A stretch of DNA of 63,343 nt, the filler included, from Choristocarpus tenellus KU-1152 (taxonomy: Eukaryota > Protista > Phaeophyceae), in NCBI GenBank assembly GCA_964200185.2. It is 12 parts of 12 records of this genome, joined end to end, with 100 filler letters (N's around TTAATTAATTAA, not from the genome) between each part and the next. Parts side by side here need not be neighbours in the genome. Positions count along the whole stretch, not along the records: positions 27,242 to 30,553 come from CAXNAD020020882.1; positions 30,654 to 37,539 come from CAXNAD020007140.1; positions 37,640 to 40,143 come from CAXNAD020027258.1; positions 40,244 to 48,603 come from CAXNAD020004811.1; 8 more parts are not named here. One strand, given 5' to 3'. The notes under the pieces were generated by a model. It was not told where the DNA came from and made no database searches. It was given only the letters and a program-made list of their open reading frames with translations. How positions within the stretch are numbered: position 1 is the stretch's first letter; every line of letters starts with the position of its first letter. The position numbers and the translations under genes were made by a program. Of this stretch, positions 27,142-40,352 are shown piece by piece.

Positions 27142-27614
27142 NNNNNNNNNNNNNNNNNNNNNNNNNNNNNNNNNNNNNNNNNNNNTTAATTAATTAANNN
27201 NNNNNNNNNNNNNNNNNNNNNNNNNNNNNNNNNNNNNNNNNCGACATGAAAGAATTGACCCCAAATGGACAGCCGCTACCCCCTCCCAGATACTTTGAGC
27301 CTGGAGGGTTGGTCCTATTTTGATGAAGTGTGGAATATGCCGCACTTGTGAAATTTCATTAGTGCTTGGATCTGTGTGGACTGTGTTATGATGTCAAGGT
27401 CAAAACAAAAGCACGACATGGAAAACTGGGCCTCAAATGGACAGCCGCCACCCCCCCCAGTTACTTCGACTTTGGAGTATTTCTTTCTGGTGTCGAAAGT
27501 TTTTTGAGCTGCCTACGAAATGGTAGTGTGAGGTCTGTGCTGAAGGTAACACCCCCCCCAAAGAAAAAGCAAACATTCAGGCTGAACAATTTTAGGAGGA
27601 GGTCAGGAGAGCAC

Positions 27615-30040
27615 CTTGGAAGACCTTGGCAAGATCACGCAGGTTGAAAGTGTAGTGACTCTTCTGAGGAGTTGGCAGTAGTTCTTTTGTGATGGTGTTG
27701 AAAACTTCGATAGTCGCATCTACAATGCCCTGTGACAACCTGATTGGAGAGATCATAGCAGGAGAGTAATGCTGTTACGTGTAGGAAACTAGGGAGTTAC
27801 TTGAAGCCATCAAAATCTCGTAGAATCTTGATACCTTCATCAAGTATCCAAAAAGAGGTAACCTATGCTTCTTGATACATTTTTTTGTACTCCCCATGCC
27901 CTTCCCGACCTCAGCTACCATCATTGACTCCGCAATCTTCTATTCCTGTTCTGGGCCATGTGCTACCACTATGCATTGACAACATAGTTCTAGTGAAAAA
28001 ACTGTTCAGTGCATGCAAGTACTGACCTTAGTAGACCATCTTCAAAGCCCTTTGAGAGGAAATCGTCCAGGATGGTGCGGAATATAAGGCACTTATCAGC
28101 GTCAGACATATCTACATACCCTATCACATTGAAGTGCCGAAGGAAGCGAGGGGTCACATGTTGACGCCCCCCTCCAGGAGGGCCCATTGAGCACACCTAT
28201 ATTTATATTTGTGGATGAACAAGACAATAGGTTAGACTTTTTGAGAACCTTTGACTCTATGAAGTAGTTGTTGAAGACAATGCCCAATTGAGATTTGGAC
28301 CCCTGTACCTCTACTTCAAGGGTTTTGGGCTATCTTCATTACTCAACATCTTTTTGGAGCTATTGAATTGAAGCAATAAAATAGACTTCTAAAGCAATAC
28401 ATGGAGTGAAATCCGAGCAATGTGGTACAAGGGACTATTTGGACTATACTATTTCAAATGTATTAATTGAAAGTTATTTTGATATCGTGTTGCAACTGTA
28501 TACACATCCTCTATTCTCATTTGTAAATGATATTTGAATTCCAGGGGAATAAAACTAGATTCTTACCATGGTGATATCAATAATCTTGCGGAAGGTTAGC
28601 TCCTTTCGATCATACCAGCCTCCCTGGTCGAACCACTGCCTCAGAATCTCTATAGGTGGCTACACGTGGTGCATTCACAAAAACATAATATTAGTATCTG
28701 GAATATTTATTTTTCCTATAATCATTTCTTGTATCGTCTTGAGAACAATTTATTAAGAATAGCTAAGCTAGGACCCCTGTTTCAACATGGATCTTTCTTG
28801 ATACCTTGCAGTACTTGATTAAGCATCAATTGTCATGCCACCAACTTGTCACTTTAAATGTCCCTACCTGAGCCCCATACTCCTCTTGCTTTGGCATGTT
28901 GAGGTCATCGACATGCATGACATAGGTCTTGCCGGCAGGGGGTCCAAAGACACCCTTGCGCCGCTTCTCCATCTTCGCATCAATCATATCCTAACAAGTA
29001 ATAAGAATGCGGATGACACTGGTTGCGATAGTTATCTCCAACTCCACAAGCATCACTCTCAGGCTATCGATTTGTTACTTCTCTCCCAAACAAGATATAT
29101 TGCATATGTGCATTGCATGGTATTGCAGAGTTCTTGCCTGGGTCATGTTAGCACTGGTCTGTGCAGAAAAGGTGATGGTGAAAGGAGTGATGGCTTGGTC
29201 AACCACCCTGTATCAGAATCAAGGAGTATGGTGATGTGGAGGGGTCCGCATGAATGTGGGATGAGCGATGGTGGTAGGTTCTCTTCATGCACCTACAAAG
29301 GAATTCACTTCCGATCTGCACATGGCAGGTACAGACAATTTTACATAGCAGGACACTACATTTCAATGGAGAGGAGAAATGACAAGAATACTATACATGA
29401 CCTCCTCTTGCACAGTGCAAAGGGTACTGAACTACTGGACAATAATATGCAAGTTTGGAAGGTGAGGGAAATATTGTATCCAACCAAAGTATGCCTGGAA
29501 ACTTGATCAGGTAAATAGAAATATTCGCAGAAGCTCATCTTGCTCTCTAAGTATAGGCCTTCTCCAAGTCTTCCGAAACCAATCTTATGGCCCAATTTGT
29601 AGTAGTAAATTATCTCCTCTATTCCAATCCCTTTGGAACTCAACCCCAGTCCTAATGGATGATGACCATAATTCTTTCTTTCGATAACATTGAATCCTGA
29701 GTATAATAGTACACAATTAAAAAACACAAGATCTCGACTCTAAACACCACCACTGTTCCCCAAGCCTTTTCTCTCACCTCCCGTTTACACTAGTTTGTCC
29801 CATGAGGTATTGAGCAATGTTGACGGTTTTCCCTGTGCCAGTAGGTCCACATGTGAGGACATGTTTTCCACCCCTCACAAGCAGGTCAAGGAGATACGTG
29901 TTCCTCACACCATCGGTGGTAGGGATAATGATCTCATTGAATTGTAACTTGGGATCAATGGTATATGGGTTTGTGGTTGACATCCAAGCTATCCATTGAC
30001 CTTTGTCCCCTTTGGTGGGATCAAACACGTAGTCATACAC
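27615..30040 (-). CDS. Axonemal (inner-arm type) dynein heavy chain, AAA3 region, multi-exon fragment
   Basis: Phase-consistent exons: 30040-29778 (IIIPTTDGVRNTYLLDLLVRGGKHVLTCGPTGTGKT, P-loop), 29207-29138 (ITFSAQTSANMTQ), 28990-28868 (KRRKGVFGPPAGKTYVMHVDDLNMP), 28659-28567 (PPIEILRQWFDQGGWYDRK), 28196-28027 (MGPPGGGR..TPRFLRHF), 27739-~27615 (LLPTPQKSHYTFNLRDLAKVFQG). All are canonical dynein motifs. Confidence 0.95.
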
Positions 30041-32667
30041 CTAAGAACATGGTTGTACAAGAAAAGAACATAGAATTATTGCTTTGATTGACTGGACTGA
30101 GAAAGGCTCTCAATGCAAAAGAGTACTAATGAACACCAGAAGTTAATCAAGACACTCTAATTTCTTGTAGGTGGTGCTGGCTACAAATTGTTAATCTGTT
30201 CTTGTTCCCGGTGGACTGACAGTCAGTATACATTCCTGTATTAAGTCACAAAGTGCGTATGTGTACCAGGAATACCACAAGGCAGATGTAATAGCGTTGT
30301 TGAATAAAGTATTGATATTAGGTCGAGATTCAACGCTTGCTTCTTCACGAAGAACTTGTGCTTTCTCAACACCATGAAGCCATGAGGCATATAGTGTTTT
30401 CGCTACTCTCAAAATTCTACTTTGGTTTAGGACACAAATCGTCTGCTCATGTGGTCTCTGTTGACTTGGTGGGACAGAAGTACAATTATCATCTCTTTTT
30501 TCTTGTCTCGTACTTTTGGGTCAAAGTATCTGGGGGGGGTGGTTTGTGAGGGGNNNNNNNNNNNNNNNNNNNNNNNNNNNNNNNNNNNNNNNNNNNNTTA
30601 ATTAATTAANNNNNNNNNNNNNNNNNNNNNNNNNNNNNNNNNNNNNNNNNNNNCCAAAAAAATGTGAAACACGGACCCCGCCCCCCCCCCCCCCAAGATA
30701 CTTTGACCCAGCAGCACTTGTTTCTGCACTTGACTTACCGGCTTGCCACTCCTCACACATGACTTGAATACGATTCATCGTTATTTCTTACCCATCTCGG
30801 CTAGGCTGTCCACACAGCAAATGTGGGCCTTCCGCAGTATGGACCACTTTTGCACATTATTCCATGCTGTGTAAGCTACAACTCCAAGCGCACATGGGCA
30901 GCATATTATGGTGTTGTTTCAGCATCAGAGGTGGGCCAATTGCACAATACCTTGCGTTCAGGCCAATTCTATACCCTTTTTATCAAGTAATTTGTGCTTA
31001 CTTAATATATCTTCATCACGTGACAATTGTTACTGCTGTGGATCATAATTGTAAATTTTGTCAATATTTTCTCACTGAAGAACAATTGATATTTCATGGA
31101 AACGTTTGACTAGCTATCGCATGTAGTCCCACAGCCGATTTGCATCGCACTTGTGGTGCAAATCGGTTTCTCACAATTACCTCACAACAGTTCGTGCTTA
31201 CCATACGTTTTGATCTGATGGAACAAAGTAAATGGTTTCAAGTCAATTCAAAAAACGCAGATGTAATATTTCCGTTCATGACACCGTACTGTGTGTTTGT
31301 TGTTTGTGCTGAGTGAAGCAATGAACCCTAGGGCCCATTATATCAATAATAGGTTCCCGACTAGAATCCTCAGCCACAACATGGTTCTCAGTCTGGAGCT
31401 GGGCATAGCACCGTATGACAGTGTTAATATTGGTCATTAACATGATATGCCTCATCTGTACTCGTGACACAGGTGTAGTAACCCAACTTGACTGGGTACT
31501 TGGCAGTGATAGGAATGAAGTGTTTGGAAGTACTTTGCGCTGTGACCATTCCCCCCCCACTTCCCCTGTATGCTTGATGTGTACCACTGGTACTCACCTG
31601 AATTGCTTAGGTTCTGCAGGTGTTTGTTCACCAAGCGCTTACAACAAACTACAACAAAAACGGGTGTATGTGCTTCTCCTGTGAGTGATGAGCTCTTTCG
31701 CTCAAATTCCTTGTTGCTCCAAAACTGGTGTTACTCATAGCACAAGCCGAAATACTACAGTGGCAGATAACAGTGCCTCCTCAGTGTGTGCTTTCCATCT
31801 GAGCTGAGCTACCTGGATTGATGTAAGAATATATTTTCGGCAGAAGCGATAAATACAAAACCCTTGACAATGTGATGCCACCTCCTAAAGTGCAGAGAAA
31901 TATGAAGATGGCAACAGTTTTGTAATCACCCCGCTTGTGAGGTTCCTGGGCACTAGTATTTGACAAAGTGTGCCGCTCCTCTATATTGAGTAGACTTTCC
32001 CCCCGCCCGCTTCTGTGCTGTTTATTCCCCACAAACAGCACGTTGCAAGAGAATCAGAACACTGTTGTTTTTAATTACTGCCTGCAAGGTATACCTGGTA
32101 GGTCCTCTTGTGACGTCCCAAAATAACAGGAAATGTAAAGGCTACAATTTGACTCCTCCCAAGAATAAGGGAATACAGGGTAGAAGTTTTTTTTTGTTTT
32201 ATCACTCACACCCTCAAATGAATGCTTTTGAAATATATTAGGAACTAATTTCCTTGAATAATTGAGTTTAATGGTAGACCGCCCCCTGCTCAATTCATGG
32301 AGAACAACGGGTAAAGTGACATGTTGGGCAGACACCCGAGATATTGTGTTGTGCGGAGATCAGGGTTGGTAGTTAACTTGTATCATCTAGGATCTTATCA
32401 CTTGGCCAGATAGAGGATATGTCGAGCACAATGAGGTTGGCTGACAAACGTTTCTCTAATGTTACTTTTGCAGATAACTTATGCGTAGAACTGGTAGTGG
32501 GATACATGTGGCCAAATCTGGGGAGATTTGTCAACCAGAAAATATAAACTAGGGGTGAGAAGAGAGCTTGAGTTGGGTTTTAACCCACTCCCCCAACTTT
32601 GACATAACTGTGCAGGTTGTAGTACAGAGGATGACCGATATCGTCTTCCCCTTCAACCATACTGGTA

Positions 32668-32872
32668 TGTTGTGAAATATATCTTTTGTACAACATAGCA
32701 TATTCTGAAATTATCTTTTGTACAACAGAGCATGTTGCGAAATATATCTTTTGTACAACAGAGCATTGCGAAATATATCTTTTGTACAACAGAGCATGTT
32801 GTGAAATATATCTTTTGTACAACAGAGCATTGCGAAATATATCTTTTGTACAACATAGCATGTTCTGAAATT
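32668..32872 (+). repeat. Minisatellite, 31-33-bp unit x6 (TGTTGYGAAATATATCTTTTGTACAACAKAGCA)
   Basis: Head-to-tail copies without spacers. Confidence 0.92.
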
Positions 32873-33027
32873 CAAGATACAGCGTTTGGGATATATGTTG
32901 ATGATATGTAGGTTAGTTGGACCAGATGGACTTTACACATGAAAGCCCCTGTATATGTTAATACTGCCTGATGCAGACGGAAAGAATCTAACACCAAATA
33001 TTGTTGTAATCTGCTTACCTTCCTTAG

Positions 33028-33984
33028 GTGAGCCCTGTTCAGATTGTTGTGGCCCATTTGGTGGGACCTTGACATCCTTCAAAACTATTGATGGAATGAA
33101 TCAGACGCTTGGGGACTATGACCAATCTTCCCCTGCAGCTATGAAGGGATGGAACAAGGAGCGTTTTTTGCGCCAAACACTGGTGATCCGGTGCGTTCGG
33201 TCTAATGAGTAGGTATCTTTCTGACAATACTTGTCAAGTCTAGTAGTGAGCCACCTGGATTTGTGCCTCTACATTGCAGGCTTATGTTGCATTTACCGCT
33301 TGTGTGGTGAACCTTTACTCTTACCCATACCTTTAATTGCAGGTACATAGACAAGGCCAATGATAGGGTGGAGGAAGTGAGTGCGTTTATAGAGCCGAAC
33401 GAGTCATCCAAAAATCTGTATAAGGTGGCAGCAGCCATTGAGGCATCCAAGACACTCACAGTGAAGGATTGGCTGGCTGCCAAATCAAAACCAACGTACG
33501 TATCCTCCTCAAAAATTATGTTCCCAACTTCTTGCTTGCAGGTGTATGTATCACAGCTGTATTTTGTATGTAAGGCTACCTGTTTAAAAAAAAATGAGAT
33601 TTCATTTGCCTTTCCACTCGGAGAAGTTAATTATCTGTCCCTCAATTTTTTTTTTGCTGCCCCTCGGTGATACCCAGACCTGGGGCTTTTGGAGCTTTCA
33701 ATTTCACTCATGAGGCCATAATCATGAGTACTGTTTTCAGTGGCACTCCCTACAGAGCGTCTCTTGGCGTTCTGGTGTTGGTCTCACTAATTATATCAAT
33801 TGTTACAAAGAGTGCTACAGGGGGGGTTTTGCAGTTCTTAGGTATTGGTGTGGGCCTGAGCGGCAGCTTCAATGTCCTGGGACAGGGTGCAGAGCAGCCT
33901 TCGTATAACAATGACCTGAGGAACATAGCCGCACAGGCTCTTGCTGGCGTAATATATATTATTGGTCTGTCTGTGGCCTTTTAG
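33028..33984 (+). CDS. 3' end of an uncharacterised membrane protein (three hydrophobic segments in the last exon)
   Basis: Exons 33028-33190, 33343-33495 and 33678-33984 join in phase with GT-AG boundaries and end at TAG; no family recognised. Confidence 0.6.
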
Positions 33985-35074
33985 TAGTCTGTAATTCCAA
34001 CCAGCACTGCGCACAATAGGATGGTGAACAAAGGTTATCGTGGCAATCTAGGGACGTAGCTGGTGCTTTCTCTGCAGTTAAAGCAAAGGGAACACATGGC
34101 CTTTCAATGGGAGCTTCTGTATGTATTTGTAAACCATTAAAAAGAGATGATGGGGGGCATCAAGAATATATGGGGAATATACAAGAGCAACGCTACAAAA
34201 TGTGAACCCATTCTAATGCCTTCCACTGGCAGTAGGTCATGCGGTTGACCGTGGCTAGCGTTTTGCAAGTGAAGAAGAGTGTTGTTTGTTTCTTGTCCTC
34301 CTTGAGTAGTATATTGTGTAGAGAGTGTCATTGCAAAATAGAAACGCACATGAAACAGTGGAATGTAGAGACCCATTCATCTGGTTGACTTATGTAGTTT
34401 AGAAGATGATTGGGTGTGGGATAATTAGCAATCGATTATATGTCTTGGGGATCTCTAAGTTACAGTATGCAATGTCGAGCGAGCACTGCGAATACCTGTG
34501 AAGATGTGACTTAGAGGTACTCTTTACTGGGTACAAATACAAACGTAGTTGGTGGTCAGCCTCTCTGGCATTGTAGATGAATGGAATCTGACATGCTAAC
34601 CCTAACCCTTCATGTTTGGGTCATTGAAGAATTTAAGCATTGAAAACTGTTTTGTGTCAAGCAGGCTCGTTATTTACTTAAACCTTTACATTTGCTGCCA
34701 TCTCTCTATCCACCTATTCGCCCAGATCCTCCTCGTGCTCTTCATAAATTCTCTTCCACACATCCCCTAATCTCTTAACACTGTAATTGTAATCCTTGGT
34801 CCAAGTGGTAGCAAAGAGACTCTCTTCCCTCAGCTTGCTCTCGTCATCCTCCTCGGTCATCTTCTTCATCTGGGCACATTTGCCAGCTTCACTCATACAA
34901 GAATTTAACTCTATCATTAGAATTTAGGGTTAGGGTTAGGGTTAGAAAAAGAAATCTGTTTCTATACAAAACAAATCGTTAATTTTAAGAAGTTTTTTCA
35001 AAAAAACTATTTTTTTCTAGTTTTAGACAAAAAATAATCCAAGGCTAGCAACTTGGCCTTTTTCTTCTTCCCAT

Positions 35075-35330
35075 GAGTGAAAGTATCTTAGAGGGTACAA
35101 ATTTTGCCGTGTTTGTTCATTTGGTGCTAGGCTTCGCATGGGTGGTTTTAAGACATTTTCCTACTCCAAAATGTTTCGGAGTAGATGAAAAGTATACCAT
35201 ATGAGAAGGTGTGTCCGAAATATAGATATTGACACTTCCTAACAAACACGATAGTCAAAACATCAAAATCGTAACATTGGATTTTGACCCCCAAATGGAC
35301 GCTGCTTTACCCTCCAAGATACTTTGGCTC
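35075..35330 (+). mobile_element. MITE subfamily B, full length, TSD CCAT
   Basis: Same TIRs and internal sequence; CCAT duplicated at 35071-35074 and 35331-35334. Confidence 0.9.
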
Positions 35331-35569
35331 CCATTTCATGCATTCGGACCATTTTCCACACTCTTTCCGAGCTTTCTCTTCCTCGTAGTCCTGCCTATTG
35401 CGAATCTTTAGAAACCATCAATGTCATAACCCAATACAAGATCACTTGGATCTCATGAATAGCTTTGAACTGTGTGTAGATCTGACCGTTGACGTGTACT
35501 GATGAATCACGAACTGTTGGGGAGCCACTAGTGTAGTATTTTCGCTTTTTCAAACACATTTACGAAAAC

Positions 35570-35862
35570 CTAACCCCTAACCACCCTAACCCTGACTCTA
35601 GCCTAACCCTAACCTCTACTTTGTTCTTAATCCTAACCCTAACTATAACCCTAACCCTAACTTGAGTGTGAATTATTTGTAATACCCTAATCAACCAAGA
35701 AAACTTACACAGATAAGTTTCTCACGAGGGCAGTGGTTAATCCTGGAGAGCTGGTGGTTCCACGATGCACACTATCATATTTTTTTACTTTTTCAAACAC
35801 TTTTTCGAAAACCTAAACCTAAACCTAGCCCCTGACTCGTCTGTAAAAAATAACCCTAACCC
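35570..35862. repeat. Degenerate interstitial telomere-like (CCCTAA)n tracts; also TTAGGG runs at ~34924-34945 and ~56186-56223
   Basis: Repeated CCTAAC/CCCTAA units. Confidence 0.75.
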
Positions 35863-37639
35863 TCGTGTGAAGAAGTGAAAAAGTATGACAGAGCAGTGGT
35901 TCCGCAAGACGGTGTTTCCCCAGTGCTTGTCACCATGGCATGCTGTGCAGTTCCCATCTGCAACATACCACATGTGAGAGTCCATTGTTTCATAAGAAGT
36001 CATCCGGTCAAGACTATTCCCAACCCAATGGTTCATTCCCCAATCCAACCTTCCAACTCCTGTGTGCTACCGTGCAACCACTAGGGCTCCCTCAAAGATT
36101 AAACGTATACCTGTGGAATGCCAAGATCCTGACTTTTTTCATGCAGCCGCCCTGTGTCAATCGATTGTGAGGGCAACCTTGTGCTTCCCAAAGATCCACC
36201 CTGTCCCAAAGTTCTCTTTACCCCGATTGTGATACCCCTATGGGATCGTTTGTACGTTGTGGACGACTTTAAATAATCCTGACTGATACCTTGGTATGCC
36301 CTGATCAGTTCTCAATCGCAATATGGATTTCACTAGGTCGAGATTGTTCCCAACACGATTGGAATCTTCAAACTGGTTCAAAATATCTGAGGGGAGGTGA
36401 CCGCTGTCCATTTGGGGCCCATTTTCCCATGTCGCCATTTATTGTTGATTTGGTTGCATGCGTCAGATATCTCTCCAAAATTATTTACTTTTTGATTAAG
36501 GTGGTACCAGTAGCTTCGCCCTCTGTGGCAATCGTAGTTTTTTTCAATGGGTTATCACAACAGTTATGCAACAATGTATATATCAAATGCAAGGGTATGT
36601 CAAGAGCTTTTGAAAGTTTGTATCCGCGAATGTTCAGGCTTCGGGGAACTGGAGTTATGTCCCGATCAAAGCACGGCAAGAACGCAGGGGAATATCACTG
36701 GAGATACCGGAAAAAAACCTCAAAATTTCCAGATATCTTTTTAACGCCTTTTGCAGACTTTTTGTGAGCACACGCATGCGTGATTTACACAGCAACATGG
36801 ACCACAACGGTGAGACAAGGAGAGCCGCCGAGGCCACTCTTCCCCCTGGATCTACCCTTTGCACCTTCTCTGTTGAGAGGCGACGGAAAAGCAAGTACCA
36901 TGTGACACTCAGTGCGAAGTAGGTGACGAGAAAGTAAGTGTACTGTGGTGCAGCAGCATAATCAAATCGCGAATTGGATTGCGGGGCCGCAACGCTGACG
37001 CTGAAAGAAGATGCATTGAAAGCATTATCACACAAACGTGGTTGGATCTTCAACCATGTCAGAGCACTCTTACTGCAGTCTCTGCCACCTCGGGAAAGCA
37101 GGAAGAGAACGGTGAGTCCATCACCAGGTGGTACAGTGACGAAGTCTGTGGGGAAGCCTGGTCACGGCAGGCGAAGGGAAAGCCGGGGTGGCCGGCTGAA
37201 GCGAAGTTTGGGGAAGAGAGCAATGCGACCGCGTGCCATTGCGCTCAGAAAATGCCTAAGCGAAAACTCGGGTGTAGAATATCTTAATAGTCGACAGTTG
37301 CAGCAGGCCCTGGCTGTCTGGAAGCTGTGCGAGCCAGGGTGGCTCACGGAAACGAGAAAGAAGGTGTTAGGGTTTGGTTACAAGGGCTATGAAGCCCGAA
37401 AATGGTCGAAAGGGCTCGCAAGGCGGAGAAGAAAGCGATCATAACAAACAAAGGAAACTGTGGAGACTTTTCGATACCATCAAATCCTCTACTTAGAAGA
37501 GGTCGTGAAGTAGGTGGAGGTAGTCATCGACGAGGACGCNNNNNNNNNNNNNNNNNNNNNNNNNNNNNNNNNNNNNNNNNNNNTTAATTAATTAANNNNN
37601 NNNNNNNNNNNNNNNNNNNNNNNNNNNNNNNNNNNNNNN

Positions 37640-37796
37640 GAGGGGATCTACACCAGGGCGTCCATCCGGGCCATAAACAGGAACAGTGCACTTACATTAT
37701 CCATCCGACATATGCAATCAAATCACCCAATAATTGCGACATGAAAACATTGGCCCCAAATGGGCAGCCGTCACCCTCTCTCAGATACTTCGGCTC
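37640..37796 (-). mobile_element. MITE subfamily A, near complete at contig start. Other partial A-type copies at 20509-20549, 23448-23473, 27242-27301, ~27415-27475, 30518-30553, 30654-30709, ~36375-36470, ~59773-59794
   Basis: Shared CCAAATGG(A/G)CAGCCG and CAGATACTTTG motifs; many copies abut contig ends at G/C runs. Confidence 0.8.
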
Positions 37797-37831
37797 TATA
37801 TTGCCTTAGGTTTCTAACCCGTCATTTCATC

Positions 37832-40075
37832 ATGTCTTTACGTGGAGATGAAAGTCTAGCTGTTCCTGTCGAGGGTCCATCTGTTCAAGAATTCCGGCAG
37901 CTTATGGCGACCGTAGCGGATCTGTCAAGAAACGTTGGCGATCTCATGTTGCAGTCTGATAGAGTCGGCGACAGAGGTCATCCTGTCGTCCAGTCCGCTG
38001 TGCCCAGCACACAGCCTTTGGCTGGGCATGTACCAGTCGAAGTGGGTCCTATGGAACCCATGTTGAGGGAGAGGGGAAATAGTTCGGATGCTGTGAGCGT
38101 CAGAAGTGGGGCAAGGCGGAGGTCCGGTTCTTTGGTGAGTTTGGGGTCAGGCAAACATATTGTTCACCCTCAGACTAAGAGGTGAAGGACTCAGTCACCA
38201 AATTTATTGGACGACTCGGACTACCGGGACTGGCGGAGGTGTTTCATCGAGCATTGTTGATATGCCCACTGCCTGGGTGCGTTGACAAGTGAAAGACCCG
38301 TAAACCAAGAATGCTCCTACGAGGAACTTCTCTCGGATGGGTTCAGTGCGAATGTGGTAAGGAATATGTAGAATCCCAAGTCTTGATGTAGATTAGTTCC
38401 TTCTCAGTTATGTTGTAGGAGAAAGTTGGGGTGATATAGACCATACAAGAAGGTGTCAGTGATAACCTTTCAGTCATCGCTGATCACTAATAACTCGTCA
38501 CTCAATCTGTGTTACTTGCTACAACATTCCTTTTCTAGGATTCTTCTTGTTGTACTATAACAAACCGGATAATATTAACGTAGTCGCCTGACAAAGACAT
38601 TACTATCCCGTTATCCAACAAAAGTTCAACAACTCAATGTTCCTCCTACAGAAGAATCATCTTTTACATATTAATTTAAAGCATATTCTTAACACACTCC
38701 CCTGCTTTGAACTTCAAGTAAGAAATATCACCTCAAACACAATAATCATATCACATCACACATTACCCATAATGATATCTGCATGCCTATCGAACAATTC
38801 CTTTGACAAGCCCTTGGTAAAAAGATCTGCATGTTGGAATTTCGTAGGTACATATCCAATCTTCACTTTCCTTTCCCTCTCTAGCTGTCTTACATAGTGG
38901 TAACTAATGTCTACGTGCTTAGTTCTATCACCAGATATTGTCTTCTATGAAATCCTTATTGCACCATCATTGTCCTCAAACACTATGACCGAGTAATCTT
39001 TACATTGTGGTTGCATGGTGGAATTTCGAAGCCATGGTGCTACAACATGTACTCAATGATCATGCTACGGTGGAGTCTGGGAAAGAAAAGAACGAGACCG
39101 AGGCGAAACCTTCTCACTTTAATGTGGAAAGTACGACCAGCAGCGACGACAAATAGCGGTACGCACTACTGTCCGCCACTGAGGACTCTCCAAGCAGCAA
39201 TGCTCAAGGCAAGTGTGGGGTAAATGAATGTTTGGTGTCAAGTGTTGGGGTTGGTCGCGAAAGAAAAGAGTGGATTTTCGATAGTGCGGCTACATATTAC
39301 ATGACAAACACGATGACATACATGACTAACTACAAGCCTTCCATAGTAGATCGAAGGGTAGTCACTGCCAGTCAAAATTCCTTTCGCATCGCTGGTCATG
39401 ATGATCTAACCATCTTGTTTCCCACATATGACAAGAAGGAAGTAGGGATACTCCTGCAGAATGTTACGCATGTCCCAGATCTTGGATTCAATCTCTTTTC
39501 TTGCCAAGCCACAACAGATATGGGTGTGGAATGCGCTTGTACAGACAGTACATTTTCGTTACTACATGAAAAACTTATCTTCACAAGATATCCTGGTTGC
39601 CATTATACCCTCCATGGTCAACGCATATTGCCGCGACTGAGTTGAAAGGCAGAAGTTGCTTTGAAGGCCACCATAGCCCCCTCGCTTGCACCTCACGTTC
39701 CCCACACCAACATCGACATTGACCTCTTCCATCGCTCTTATGGCCATGTACACAAGGCATTGCTCAAGTCCACCGCCACTTCAATGGGCATTACAATTGG
39801 TGGGTGAGCTGGAGTCATGTTTGGGCTGCTCTATGAGCAAGGGCGTACGGAAGGGCATCCGGTCCAGCATGTCTACAAGAGCAGTGAGAAAGCTGGGTTG
39901 GGTTTTTGTCGATCTATGTGGGAAGAGGGCTACCCTTTCAATTGGCGGTAAACAATACACCATGATCATCCGAGACGACTATTCTCATTTTGTTTGGTTT
40001 TATTTCCTTCATGCTAAGTTGGATGCTGCCGGAGCCTTCAAGAAGTACCTGGCCGATATTCGGGCTGACGGTGTT
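37832..40075 (+). mobile_element. Degenerate Ty1/copia retrotransposon (gag-like region, protease, GAG-pre-integrase, start of integrase)
   Basis: EWIFDSAATYYMT protease motif and LQNVTHVPDLGFNLFS (39232-39645); H-x3-H...C-x2-C zinc motif; VFVDLCG...IIRDDYSHFVWFYFLHAK integrase core (~39700-40075); several frameshifts. Confidence 0.88.
38367..39005 (-). mobile_element. Second copia fragment nested in opposite orientation: RNase H C-terminus, polypurine tract and 3' LTR (38694-38367)
   Basis: Minus strand reads VFEDNDGAIRIS*..RTKHVDISYHYVRQL..KVKIGYVPTKFQHADLFTKGL (copia RNase H), then AAAGCAGGGGAG (PPT) and a TGTTAAGAAT...ATTCTACA LTR with short inverted ends. Confidence 0.85.
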
Positions 40076-40270
40076 AAAGAAACTGGTGTTCCCAAGACTT
40101 GTGTGTGTAAATAACTCGATTATTTCCTCATTATGTAGAACAGNNNNNNNNNNNNNNNNNNNNNNNNNNNNNNNNNNNNNNNNNNNNTTAATTAATTAAN
40201 NNNNNNNNNNNNNNNNNNNNNNNNNNNNNNNNNNNNNNNNNNNCTTCCTCAATTTTGAGATTCCCCTGTT

Positions 40271-40352
40271 CTATCAGTTACTTCACCACTATCAAATGTT
40301 GTACTACTGTCTTCCTTTGCTTCCCATCTACCTACTCCTGTGCCCCGGGGGG
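40271..40352 (+). repeat. ~80-bp direct repeat; second copy at 48521-48603 (other end of the same contig)
   Basis: CTATCAGTTACTTCACCAC.ATC.AAT.TTGTACTACT.TCTTCCTT..CTTCCCATCTACCTACTCCTGTGCCCC(C)GGGGGG. Confidence 0.85.

Noticed and set aside
32668-32872. CRISPR-like 31-33-bp repeats
   Set aside because: Units are head-to-tail with no unique spacers and no cas genes; this is a minisatellite in eukaryotic DNA
34924-34945. Chromosome end (TTAGGG)n
   Set aside because: Short, internal and flanked by ordinary sequence; similar tracts occur in introns elsewhere
35229-35411. Recurring peptide 'TLDFDPQMDAALPSKIL' in several ORFs, suggesting a small protein family
   Set aside because: Chance translation of the MITE B end; frames, starts and stops differ among copies
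36974-37444. 156-aa basic ORF
   Set aside because: No recognisable motif or splice support; probably decayed repeat sequence
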